The position numbers were made by a program, and so were the translations under genes. Below, piece after piece: positions 1 to 7,890 of a stretch of DNA of 21,947 nt (its first letter is position 1; each line of letters opens with the position of its first letter). Source of the stretch: a bacterium (GTDB lineage Bacteria > Hydrothermota > 32-111). The DNA is taken from positions 1-21,947 of the forward strand of contig JAWOBN010000022.1 of NCBI GenBank assembly GCA_046484245.1, given 5' to 3'. Below the pieces are notes generated by a model. That model was not told the origin of the DNA and did no database searches. It saw only the letters and a list, made by a program, of their open reading frames with translations.

Positions 1-583
1 ATTCACATTGGGCGGGAGTGAAGCCTACGAATGAGATCAATGGGGGAGAAGGCAGATGCATTCCCTGAATAGCCCGAAATCGTGTAATGCAAGAACCCTC
101 CCCCAAATGTTCACATATATTCACATTGGGCGGGAGTGAAGCCTACGAATGAGATCAATGGGGGAGAAGGCTGAATGCATTCCTTTAATAGCCCGAAATC
201 GTGTAATGCAAGAACCCTACTCGCCAACACTCAAAATGATTCGTATTGGGCGGGAGTGAAGCCTACGGATGAGATCAATGGGGGAACAGGCTGATGCATT
301 CCTTGAATAGCCCGAAATCGTGTAATGCAAGAACCCTCTGCGGGTTCACTCGCTATGCTCGTATTTGTTTCACAAATGGACTCCCTGACGGGAGTATGGT
401 GGGTATCGGTGGGTAAATAATGGTGGAGGCGGCGGGAGTGAAGCCTACGGATGAGATCAATGGGGGAAAAGGCTGAATGCATTCCTCGGTGAGCCTGAAA
501 TCCTGCAATGCAAGAACCCTCTGCGGGTTCACTCGCTATGCTCGTATTTGTTTCACAAATGGACTCCCTTATGGGAGTAATAA
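1..583. repeat. tmRNA 3'-linked repeat array: four ~88-89 bp cores (11-98, 129-217, 249-336, 431-519) plus two ~60 bp second modules; probably continues past the left edge
   Basis: GGCGGGAGTGAAGCCTACG...ATGCAAGAACCC recurs at 11, 129, 249 and 431. 421-439 (TGGTGGAGGCGGCGGGAGT) exactly copies the tmRNA 3' end at 584-602. The GGGTTC...GACTCCC module is identical at 342-385 and 525-568. Confidence 0.95.
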
Positions 584-927
584 TGGTGGAGGCGGCGGGA
601 GTCGAACCCGCGTCCAAGAATCAATGTCCGGTCCTTCTACATGCTTAGTGATGCTTAAGTTCTTTCCGAAGGTGCATCACGACCCTCTGGAAAGCTTTGC
701 TGCTACAATCTTGAGTTTCCGCAAGCAGCAGACGGAAACAGCAGCCGGTGATATGTCAGCCTTACCGAAAGTACCGGCGACTTTCGGGGACCGCGCCGCA
801 TCAATTATGCAGCGATAGCGTATGTTTCGTCGCCAATTACTAGAATTGCCGGTGTTTTACGAGACCCCAGCAATCTCGGCATGCTTCCTCCGAGCAATTG
901 TATTCCTGTCGAGACCGATTCGCCCCC
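584..927 (-). ncRNA. ssrA: tmRNA (SsrA), 344 nt, one-piece
   Basis: Minus strand begins GGGGGCGAATCGGTCTCGAC and ends GGACGCGGGTTCGACTCCCGCCGCCTCCACCA. The acceptor stem has the Ala G3-U pair, there is a canonical T-arm and encoded CCA, and an internal tag frame ends YAIAA-stop. Confidence 0.97.
805..834 (-). other. tmRNA tag reading frame (A)GDETYAIAA*
   Basis: Minus strand reads GTAATT GGC GAC GAA ACA TAC GCT ATC GCT GCA TAA. The C-terminal YAxAA is typical of SsrA tags; the resume codon is inferred. Confidence 0.85.
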
Positions 928-936
928 AGTACTTAT

Positions 937-964
937 AATATAATATAAAACTGAGAGATTTCAA
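937..964 (-). promoter_or_regulatory. Candidate sigma-70 promoter of ssrA
   Basis: TTGAAA (964-959)-16 bp-TATATT (942-937), just upstream of the mature 5' end at 927. Confidence 0.55.
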
Positions 965-1012
965 GGGGAAAATCATCTGCTGAAAGCAGGTATCCACCTC
1001 TGCATGTGTGTT

Positions 1013-2668
1013 CTAAATGGAGTGGGTACGGAGTTTTCTGCGGGCAATGGGGAATAGTATTGCTGATATGATTATTGTGATAAAGAGAATTGCCGCAATT
1101 GCCAGAACAAAGTAATTGTAATTGAACTCAATGCCCTGAAAACGGGTCTCAAAGTAGAGGCGTATGGGGCCTGCGAGGAAACCGAGGGAAATGCCGACAT
1201 AGGTGAGGGAGAATATGCCTGCAATAATCCCGCCGAAACCGGATGCTATCTTGGATGGATTGGTCTGAGTGAATTCAGGGAATATAGCCCCTATGCCGAT
1301 ATTGATTATTGTTATGCCGACTGAGAGTATGAATATTGTGATAAGCGATATTATTGTGATAGTCATATCCAGTTCAAGGAATATATTGGTTCCTGTAACA
1401 AGCAGTTCGGCGAGTATAAAAACAAGAATGAAATTGAATATCAGTTTGGCTGTAAAGAATCTGTTGATATGACCTGTCATCTTGATGAGACTGAATGTCC
1501 TGCCTTCGAGGGATATCATCGGGTAAATGAATCTTACTGACAGTGTTGCTGCAATATAGGCGGAAAAACCCATATTGGCAAATGCAATAATATATGTGAA
1601 GAATGGGGTCTTGAAGTATATTGGAGTGCGTATGAGGGAAAATATATAGAATGTGAGAAGCACAAGAAATATGAGGGACTGTCCCCACTGTGAGGGGTCT
1701 CTTATAAATGATATAATATCTTTCTGTATGAACAGGAGTTGCTTATTGTCTTTCATGATAATGGGGAAGTGCATCCTGTTCTTTGCAATACTCGCCTTCT
1801 TCTCGTATTTTTGCCCGAATGCAAGGTAGCGCCTCCTGTATATCATAAGGGAGATAAAGAGGAGAGGGATTATTGCACCCAAATAGAGCAATATGCCTGT
1901 AAATGATTTTCCTGCCGGCTTATTGTCAATGAGGGCAAACATCATATTTGAAACAAGGCCTGAAGGGAGATATCTGAATTGCTCAATCTCCAGTGAACTG
2001 ATATACTGATTGACCTCTGAAAGACTGGCTGTGCGCGGCATATTGAATAGCTGGGGTGCTTTGCCGAATATGAACATCAATGTCATGGCAATGACTATTA
2101 GAATGAGGATCAGTATGATGCCGCCTTTTGAATGCCTGAGGAAGAATGATGAGAAGATAAAGACAATTGCCAGGCCTATTGTTGTGGAAATGATTATGAA
2201 GAGAATGAACAGTGCTATGGCTTTTACATAGAATAAAAAAGGCATACTGAATGTATTGCCCAGAGCCAGAACAAGGGGGAATGATATGATGCTTGTTGCC
2301 CATGATGCAAAGAATCCGTTCTCAATGAGTTTAATGGAGAATACGGATGATATCTTCACAGGGGTTGAGAAGAGGAATTCAAGTTCCGGAGTCCTGAAAA
2401 AAGTGGAGATGCTGCTCACTATACTGCTTAGAATAAGGAGAATAAAGAACATGGAGAACATCAGAGAGAATATCCTGTAGATGAGACCTCTTCCTATTTC
2501 CTCATAACCTGTGAGGAATGAGAATATTCTTCCGAATATGAAATATGTGCCGAGCAGAAAGAGTGTGATGACTGCAAGATATGTGATGATCTGTATCACT
2601 GACCTGATTGTCAGTGTGAAGAGTGAGCGTTTTATGGATTTCAGTTTAATTGATAGAAGATCTGTCAT
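1013..2668 (-). CDS. Polytopic membrane protein, ABC-2-type exporter permease
   Basis: 551 aa with many hydrophobic helices and motifs FRTPELEFLFSTPV, KDIISFIRDPSQW and ISLEG; overlaps the upstream ABC ATPase. Confidence 0.85.
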   Translation of the reverse strand: MTDLLSIKLKSIKRSLFTLTIRSVIQIITYLAVITLFLLGTYFIFGRIFSFLTGYEEIGRGLIYRIFSLMFSMFFILLILSSIVSSISTFFRTPELEFLFSTPVKISSVFSIKLIENGFFASWATSIISFPLVLALGNTFSMPFLFYVKAIALFILFIIISTTIGLAIVFIFSSFFLRHSKGGIILILILIVIAMTLMFIFGKAPQLFNMPRTASLSEVNQYISSLEIEQFRYLPSGLVSNMMFALIDNKPAGKSFTGILLYLGAIIPLLFISLMIYRRRYLAFGQKYEKKASIAKNRMHFPIIMKDNKQLLFIQKDIISFIRDPSQWGQSLIFLVLLTFYIFSLIRTPIYFKTPFFTYIIAFANMGFSAYIAATLSVRFIYPMISLEGRTFSLIKMTGHINRFFTAKLIFNFILVFILAELLVTGTNIFLELDMTITIISLITIFILSVGITIINIGIGAIFPEFTQTNPSKIASGFGGIIAGIFSLTYVGISLGFLAGPIRLYFETRFQGIEFNYNYFVLAIAAILFITIIISAILFPIARRKLRTHSI

Positions 2669-3383
2669 CTTTTGTTATTTCCAGAAACAGGTCCTCAAGA
2701 TTGTTCTTCTTCAGCTTTCTGCCGAGATTATCAATACCGCCTGTATATATGAGTTTCCCCTTGTTCATAACACCTATGAGGTTGCATATCTCCTCTGCTA
2801 TGGACAGGGTGTGGGTTGATACAAACACAGAGCCGCCCTTTTCAGCATGCCTGACAAAAATATTCTTGACAGTGCGGGCAACCTTGGGGTCCAGTCCGAC
2901 CATGGGTTCATCAATAAGGACAAGCAGGGGATCGTGAATAAATGCGGATGCAATAACAATGCGCTGTTTCATTCCGTGAGAGTATTCATCTGTCTTGATA
3001 TCCATATAATGTTCAAATTCCAGGAGTGCGGAGTACTCATCAATCCTCGCTCTTAATGTGCTTTCATCAATGCCGTACAGCCGCCCCACAAAATAGAGGA
3101 ATTCCCTGCCTGTCAGTTTATCATACATAAACGGTGTGTCAGGCACATATCCTATCTTTGTTTTAGAGTTGCGGGGATTGTCCCTTATGTCATTTTCATC
3201 AATATATATACTGCCCTCTTCATAATCAAGCAGGCCGGCAATACACTTGATTGTTGTGGTCTTGCCTGCACCATTGGGACCTATGAATCCGAAGACAGTT
3301 CCCCTCTCTATTGACAGGTTGAGATTGTTCACGGCAATGGTGTCTCCATAGGATTTTGTCAGATTCTTAATATTCAGTACCAT
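2646..3383 (-). CDS. ABC transporter ATP-binding protein (export type)
   Basis: Walker A GPNGAGKTT, signature YSHGMKQR, Walker B/D-loop LIDEPMVGLDP, H-loop STH. Confidence 0.95.
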   Translation of the reverse strand: MVLNIKNLTKSYGDTIAVNNLNLSIERGTVFGFIGPNGAGKTTTIKCIAGLLDYEEGSIYIDENDIRDNPRNSKTKIGYVPDTPFMYDKLTGREFLYFVGRLYGIDESTLRARIDEYSALLEFEHYMDIKTDEYSHGMKQRIVIASAFIHDPLLVLIDEPMVGLDPKVARTVKNIFVRHAEKGGSVFVSTHTLSIAEEICNLIGVMNKGKLIYTGGIDNLGRKLKKNNLEDLFLEITKDDRSSIN

Positions 3384-3389
3384 GTAAAT

Positions 3390-3417
3390 AATATATTCAA
3401 TATATCAGATAAGTCAA
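3390..3417 (-). promoter_or_regulatory. Candidate sigma-70 promoter of the ABC operon, possibly leaderless
   Basis: TTGACT (3417-3412)-16 bp-TATATT (3395-3390); the ATG lies 6 nt further on with no Shine-Dalgarno. Confidence 0.55.
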
Positions 3418-3467
3418 TCGTAAAGCTTTTGAGTCTGGACGGATTTACGGGATGAAGCCACTGGCAA

Positions 3468-3674
3468 TTATGATTTGAAATAGGGGCAGTTTTTGCATTT
3501 CCCCGACGGGCGGATAATCTTGCTGTCTCTTATGAGTATCTTGTCTTCTCTGTTCTTGTTGACAAGTCTTATCAGATAAAGCAGATAATCCCGGTCAATA
3601 CCGAATTTCAGCTCAATCTCTCTCAATGTAACATAATGCCTGTTCTCAATGAATTTGATGATATCTTCTATCAT
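3468..3674 (-). CDS. FeoC-like small winged-helix protein
   Basis: 68 aa, ATGA overlap with the feoB stop, N-terminal HTH-like MIEDIIKFIENRHYVTLREIELKFGID, C-terminal CKNCP. Confidence 0.7.
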   Translation of the reverse strand: MIEDIIKFIENRHYVTLREIELKFGIDRDYLLYLIRLVNKNREDKILIRDSKIIRPSGKCKNCPYFKS

Positions 3675-5662
3675 AAAAACGGCATCAGTGAGAGCTTAAA
3701 GAGCATACTGACTGCATATGCAATAACAATGGAGTAAATAACGGAGAACAGTGTCCATCTCATTGACCCTGTCTCTCTCTTAATCATTATCACTGTGGCA
3801 ATGCACGGTATATATATCATCATGAAGACGAGGAATACAAACCCTGTAATCGGATTCATATACATATTGAGGAAATTGGACAGTGACATGCCTTCAAGAT
3901 TATACAGTACAGACAGTGTGGATATTACAGCTTCCTTTGCAAAGAAACCCGTTATAAGGGACACGGTCATGGGAAGATCAAATGAAAGGGGTTTGAAAAC
4001 AGGGGTGAGGAATTTGCCTAAGTAAAATACAGAACCGCCCGGTATGTCTGTGGGGAAATAGGACAGTATGAATATAATCACGGACATAATAAATATCAGT
4101 GTGCCTGCCTTGATTAGATATTCCTTTGCCTGAACAGTTGCCCTGAGAAACATCTGCCTGATCTGAGGTCTGGTATAATCGGGCAATTCCATTATCATGC
4201 CCGGGCTGGTCTCCTTGATAAGCATCTTTGAGAAGAATATGCCTGATATCATGGCAATGACAATAGACATTACATAGAGGAAGAATATGACAAATGGCGC
4301 CTGTTTGTCAAATAGTGCACTGCCGACCAGAACAATAACAGTAAGGCGGGCGGAGCACGGTATGAATGGTATGATGAGTATTGTTTTAAGCCGGTTCGCC
4401 TTGGACTCCAGGGAGCGGACAGCCATTATCGCAGGCACAGAACATCCGAACCCCATTATCAGTGGTATGAAAGAACGGCCGTGAAGCCCCATTCTATGCA
4501 TGAATCTGTCCATTATAAAGGCAATGCGCGCCATATATCCGCTGTCTTCAAGGAGCTGTATGAGGAGAAACATAATAAAGATATAGGGCAGGAGGACAAT
4601 CACATTGCCGACCCCGCCTATAAGCCCTTCATTGATAAATGAACGGATAAAGCCTTCAGACATATTTGCCTGAATAAATCCCGAACTTGCTTCAAGACCC
4701 TGCTCAAGATAACCGACAATAAAGTCCCCGACATTGTATGTGAGGAAAAATATGATAAACATCACAATCAAGAAGAGCGGTACTGCAATAAATCTGTTGA
4801 GCAGGAATATATCAAGAGCATCGGTGAATGCAATGCGTTTATTGACTGTTGATGATATTGTGTCTGATGATACGCCTCTGGCAATAGAGTAAAGCCATTC
4901 AATTATTTTCACTGTCCTTTTCCGGGATGAGCCCAGTGATTCAACTGTCTCCTTGACTGGCCGGTAATTTTCATTGCCCAGTTTTTCCCTTGCCAGTTTC
5001 TCAATGTCCCTGTTGCCCTCCAGTAGTTTCAGTGCATAGAAATCAGCAAACTGCCGCATTTCATCATACTCACCGAGCATTGCACTGACACTGTGTACTG
5101 TCTTATAAATATCATCTGTTGAGGGAATGTTGAGATGAGGCGGATGAGGGGTGAATTGTGTAGAAAAGAATTCCTCAATTTCTGATTCAAGATAATCAAT
5201 ATTCTCGCCTGTCCTGGCTGACAGGGCAATAACCTTCATCCCTGTGAAATACTCCAGTTTCTCAATATCAACCTCAACACCCTGTTTACTGAGCAGGTCA
5301 TACTTATTGACAACAAGGATCATCGGTATGTCAAGGAGCATTGCCTGCAGTGTGAGGAATAATCCCCTTTCAAGACTGGGTCCCTCCACAATATTGATTA
5401 TCAGGTCAGGTCTGTTCTTCAGGAGGAAATCCCTTGTGACCCTCTCATCCTCACTGAGTGGTGAAAGACCGTAAACACCAGGGAGATCAACAATTGTGAT
5501 ATCCCTGTTTCTCTTGAATTTGCCGTCCTTGAGACTGACTGTTACACCCGGCCAATTGCCCATCTGCTGACTGACACCTGTTAGTTTATTGAATAGGGAG
5601 GATTTGCCGCAATTGGGCTGGCCTATAAGAGCAACAATTTTATCTGACTGTGATTTTGCCAC
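3671..5662 (-). CDS. feoB: Ferrous iron transport protein B
   Basis: G1 GQPNCGKS, G2 GNWPGVTV, G3 DLPG, G4 NKYD, membrane motifs LEDSGYMARIAF, GFGCSVPA, IPCSAR and MELPDY. Start reassigned to GTG at 5662 (after GGAAGGGG) instead of the track's 5707. Confidence 0.95.
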   Translation of the reverse strand: MAKSQSDKIVALIGQPNCGKSSLFNKLTGVSQQMGNWPGVTVSLKDGKFKRNRDITIVDLPGVYGLSPLSEDERVTRDFLLKNRPDLIINIVEGPSLERGLFLTLQAMLLDIPMILVVNKYDLLSKQGVEVDIEKLEYFTGMKVIALSARTGENIDYLESEIEEFFSTQFTPHPPHLNIPSTDDIYKTVHSVSAMLGEYDEMRQFADFYALKLLEGNRDIEKLAREKLGNENYRPVKETVESLGSSRKRTVKIIEWLYSIARGVSSDTISSTVNKRIAFTDALDIFLLNRFIAVPLFLIVMFIIFFLTYNVGDFIVGYLEQGLEASSGFIQANMSEGFIRSFINEGLIGGVGNVIVLLPYIFIMFLLIQLLEDSGYMARIAFIMDRFMHRMGLHGRSFIPLIMGFGCSVPAIMAVRSLESKANRLKTILIIPFIPCSARLTVIVLVGSALFDKQAPFVIFFLYVMSIVIAMISGIFFSKMLIKETSPGMIMELPDYTRPQIRQMFLRATVQAKEYLIKAGTLIFIMSVIIFILSYFPTDIPGGSVFYLGKFLTPVFKPLSFDLPMTVSLITGFFAKEAVISTLSVLYNLEGMSLSNFLNMYMNPITGFVFLVFMMIYIPCIATVIMIKRETGSMRWTLFSVIYSIVIAYAVSMLFKLSLMPFL

Positions 5663-5858
5663 ACATCCCCCTTCCCAGAGCAATCCTTGTATTATTGACA
5701 TTAACAATCACAGGCCCGTGCGAATCATTCTTCACTACCTTGATTGTTGCACCTGAGATAAGTCCCATCTCAGCCATGCGCTGTCTGAACCCTAGTCCGC
5801 CGTATATCTTCTGAATCTTGACATGTGTGCCAGCAGGAATATCAATGAGTTGTCTCAT
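5640..5858 (-). CDS. feoA: Ferrous iron transport protein A
   Basis: 72 aa SH3-like FeoA pattern RQRMAEMGLISG...GPVIV...RIALGRG; directly upstream of feoB. Confidence 0.92.
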   Translation of the reverse strand: MRQLIDIPAGTHVKIQKIYGGLGFRQRMAEMGLISGATIKVVKNDSHGPVIVNVNNTRIALGRGMCGKITVR

Positions 5859-6274
5859 ATTTCACCTGTCAATCTGTTTATCAATTCCGGATTTTTCCTC
5901 AAATTGGCATTAATGATCTTCATTCTTGCTGTCATCTTGTCAGTGAGATGATGCTCTATCTCGCACGCCAGAGTATCTGCCTGCTTGTCATTGACATCAA
6001 ATATCATCTCAATGAAATTCCTCAATGTTTCATGTTTATTATAGAGATTTGATGCTACCTCTTCACCCTTCTTGGTCAATGTGATATATCCGTATTTCTT
6101 CTTATTTATCATGTCCCGTTCTTTCAGTATATTGACTGCCTGGACAATAGAGGGTTTTGTAACATCCATCAATTGCTCAATGTCCTTTATCCTGCAGACA
6201 GGTTTGGTCTGAAGCACTATATAGATTGTTTCAAGATAATCCTGCAGGCTTTCCGAGAGCTTGCTTTTATTCAT
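5855..6274 (-). CDS. DtxR/MntR-family metal-dependent repressor (two-domain)
   Basis: SLQDYLETIY, HTH VTKPSI, YGYITLT, KHETL and ACEIEHH metal-site motifs; ATGA-coupled to feoA. Confidence 0.92.
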   Translation of the reverse strand: MNKSKLSESLQDYLETIYIVLQTKPVCRIKDIEQLMDVTKPSIVQAVNILKERDMINKKKYGYITLTKKGEEVASNLYNKHETLRNFIEMIFDVNDKQADTLACEIEHHLTDKMTARMKIINANLRKNPELINRLTGEI

Positions 6275-6288
6275 TATACCTCACATTG

Positions 6289-6329
6289 TTAGTTATGCCT
6301 AATATAATGGATTGTACTAATTGTGTCAA
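6289..6329 (-). promoter_or_regulatory. Promoter of the regulator-feoABC operon with an overlapping DtxR-type operator
   Basis: TTGACA (6329-6324)-17 bp-TATATT (6306-6301). The imperfect palindrome TTAGGCATAACTAA (6302-6289) resembles TTAGG..CCTAA DtxR-family boxes. Confidence 0.7.
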
Positions 6330-6641
6330 GTGGAAAATATCGTTCCTCCGTCTTTCCTCATAAGAAAAAGTCACTGAATATGATTATTATGTAATGTTTG
6401 TTTTCTTAATAAAAAAGCATTGAGCATAGCGATTGATGTACTGACTGTGAGGCTCACACATTCTCATCAGCACCGAATTACCGGTTATGCACGGGTTGGC
6501 AAAGGTGCTTTATGAGAACTGTCCCCGCCTCATTATTATTTATGAGGAAACATAGGTCTTTCAAGTACTTTATTTTTGAGGAATAACGTTCCTCTTGAAA
6601 ATATTCAGTTATATGTTTTAATATATAAAAAAGGAGGTACA

Positions 6642-7415
6642 ATGAAACGAGTACTGATAATAATGGGAATACTTGCAGCAATATTTGTGATTGCTGAAGA
6701 TGCTCAGTCCATATTGAATAACATGAATGAGATGTACAGCGGATTTGAAAATGAGATAAACAATCTCAAGATGGAACAGACCATGCAGATAGTTGAAGAA
6801 AACAATGAGGTCAATATGGATATGGTCATGCATAAGAAAGGCAATAAGATGAGGCTTGATGTCACCATTGATATGGGCAATCAGGGAGAAATGCAAGGCA
6901 TAAAAACTGTTGTGATTGATGATGGTGAAGACATGTGGACCATTGTTCCGTTTGCAGGAAAGCAGAAAATGGAAAGGGAGAAGAAGGAACAATACGGAGC
7001 TGTTTCCGAGTTCTTCTGGTGGAATAATCTGGGAAGCAATCCGACTCTCACAGGTACGGAAAAAGTCAATGGCAGTGATGCCTGGGTTATTGAATTTGAT
7101 GAGATAAAAGATGACCAGTTTGACAAGATCTGGGTTGATAAAGAACATAATTACCTTGTCAGATCAGAATCATATGATGATGATGAAACAGTCACTATCA
7201 ATTACAGTGATTACAGGGATGTGCATGAAGGCCGTATGATTCCCTTCTTAACAAAGATCACAACCAATGATGATGCCAATATAATAATGACAGTGAATAG
7301 CATAGATCTTGAAGCGGATATTGATGAAGGTATGTTTGACCCGGATAATGTGAAGATGGATAACAGCGGTATGCAGGACATGATGAAGAATATGATGAAT
7401 GGAAAGGGGCAGTAA
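6642..7415 (+). CDS. Secreted LolA-like (outer-membrane lipoprotein-sorting fold) protein
   Basis: AAGGAGG SD before ATG 6642 (the track's 6576 start is unlikely), signal peptide MKRVLIIMGILAAIFVIA, motifs GTEKVNGSDAWVIE, KIWVDKE and IDEGMFDP. Confidence 0.75.
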   Translation: MKRVLIIMGILAAIFVIAEDAQSILNNMNEMYSGFENEINNLKMEQTMQIVEENNEVNMDMVMHKKGNKMRLDVTIDMGNQGEMQGIKTVVIDDGEDMWTIVPFAGKQKMEREKKEQYGAVSEFFWWNNLGSNPTLTGTEKVNGSDAWVIEFDEIKDDQFDKIWVDKEHNYLVRSESYDDDETVTINYSDYRDVHEGRMIPFLTKITTNDDANIIMTVNSIDLEADIDEGMFDPDNVKMDNSGMQDMMKNMMNGKGQ

Positions 7416-7424
7416 GCCCCTTTC
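7402..7424. terminator. Likely bidirectional hairpin terminator between convergent genes
   Basis: GAAAGGGGC-AGTAA-GCCCCTTTC, a perfect 9-bp stem; the stop codon of the LolA-like gene lies in the loop. Confidence 0.75.
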
Positions 7425-7425
7425 T

Positions 7426-7881
7426 TCACTCTATATATATCTTCACAACAGTATTCTTACCTGTTTCTTCATCAGCATCAACAATATTGACCAGTTCCAG
7501 TGGTGCTGAACCGGACAATTCATCCAATGCTTCAAGAAATGCATCAATGTCCTTTATATGTCCCTTTTCATCAAATTCCAGACCATAGGTTTCAAGTGTA
7601 TCCCTCACTTTCTCATTCTTGCCTGCTACATCAATATTGACTTTACCGGTGGCCTTTACAAGAAGCCGCAGTATATTGATTGGCAGATTGATATTGACAT
7701 TGGTGGGTTTCTCATTGCTGTCTTTTGTCTCAACAACCTTTATCCTCAGGTGATGCTTTGAACCACTGCCGGGCGATCTGTCCTTCTTGATATTTATTGC
7801 CTGTATGATGTTCTCTGCTTCTTCCGGTGATATCTTCCCCTCTTTGACCATATTGAGAATTTTTTCAATACTTGTATCCAT
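7426..7881 (-). CDS. SHOCT-like domain protein (DUF2089-operon associated)
   Basis: N-terminal ILNMVKEGKISPEEAENII; C-terminal LRIKV...VNINLPI...VVKIYIE; GAGGAGG SD. Confidence 0.8.
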   Translation of the reverse strand: MDTSIEKILNMVKEGKISPEEAENIIQAINIKKDRSPGSGSKHHLRIKVVETKDSNEKPTNVNINLPINILRLLVKATGKVNIDVAGKNEKVRDTLETYGLEFDEKGHIKDIDAFLEALDELSGSAPLELVNIVDADEETGKNTVVKIYIE

Positions 7882-7890
7882 AATTTCCTC

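Noticed and set aside
421..519. Intact tRNA or second tmRNA gene
   Set aside because: Only the 3' acceptor strand and a split T-arm are present; there is no 5' half, D-arm or anticodon arm.
1..583. CRISPR array
   Set aside because: Repeats are ~88 bp and derive from the tmRNA T-arm, spacers are homologous to each other, and no cas genes are in the window.
416..602. Prophage or genomic island at ssrA
   Set aside because: The duplicated ends enclose only 163 bp and no integrase is visible. An island further left cannot be excluded.
231..818. ORFs 231-617 (-) and 477-818 (+)
   Set aside because: They are translations of the repeat array and tmRNA, with no SD or protein features.
5663..5707. 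Longer feoB N-terminus from the ORF track
   Set aside because: It lies deep inside feoA; GTG at 5662 has an SD and gives the usual distance to the G1 motif.
6496..6512. Sigma-54 promoter at TTGGCAAAGGTGCTT
   Set aside because: The GG to GC spacing is not 10 nt. I found no convincing -24/-12 site in the intergenic regions I examined.
6421..6550. SAM-I, yybP-ykoY or other known riboswitch; 6S or SRP RNA
   Set aside because: The conserved cores were not found on either strand, and the segment lies upstream of the predicted promoters. Kept only as an unexplained structure.
6618..7148. 176-aa antisense ORF, and similar shadow ORFs such as 18787-19305, 13398-13814 and 7787-8182
   Set aside because: They lie opposite well-supported genes and lack SDs and recognisable motifs.
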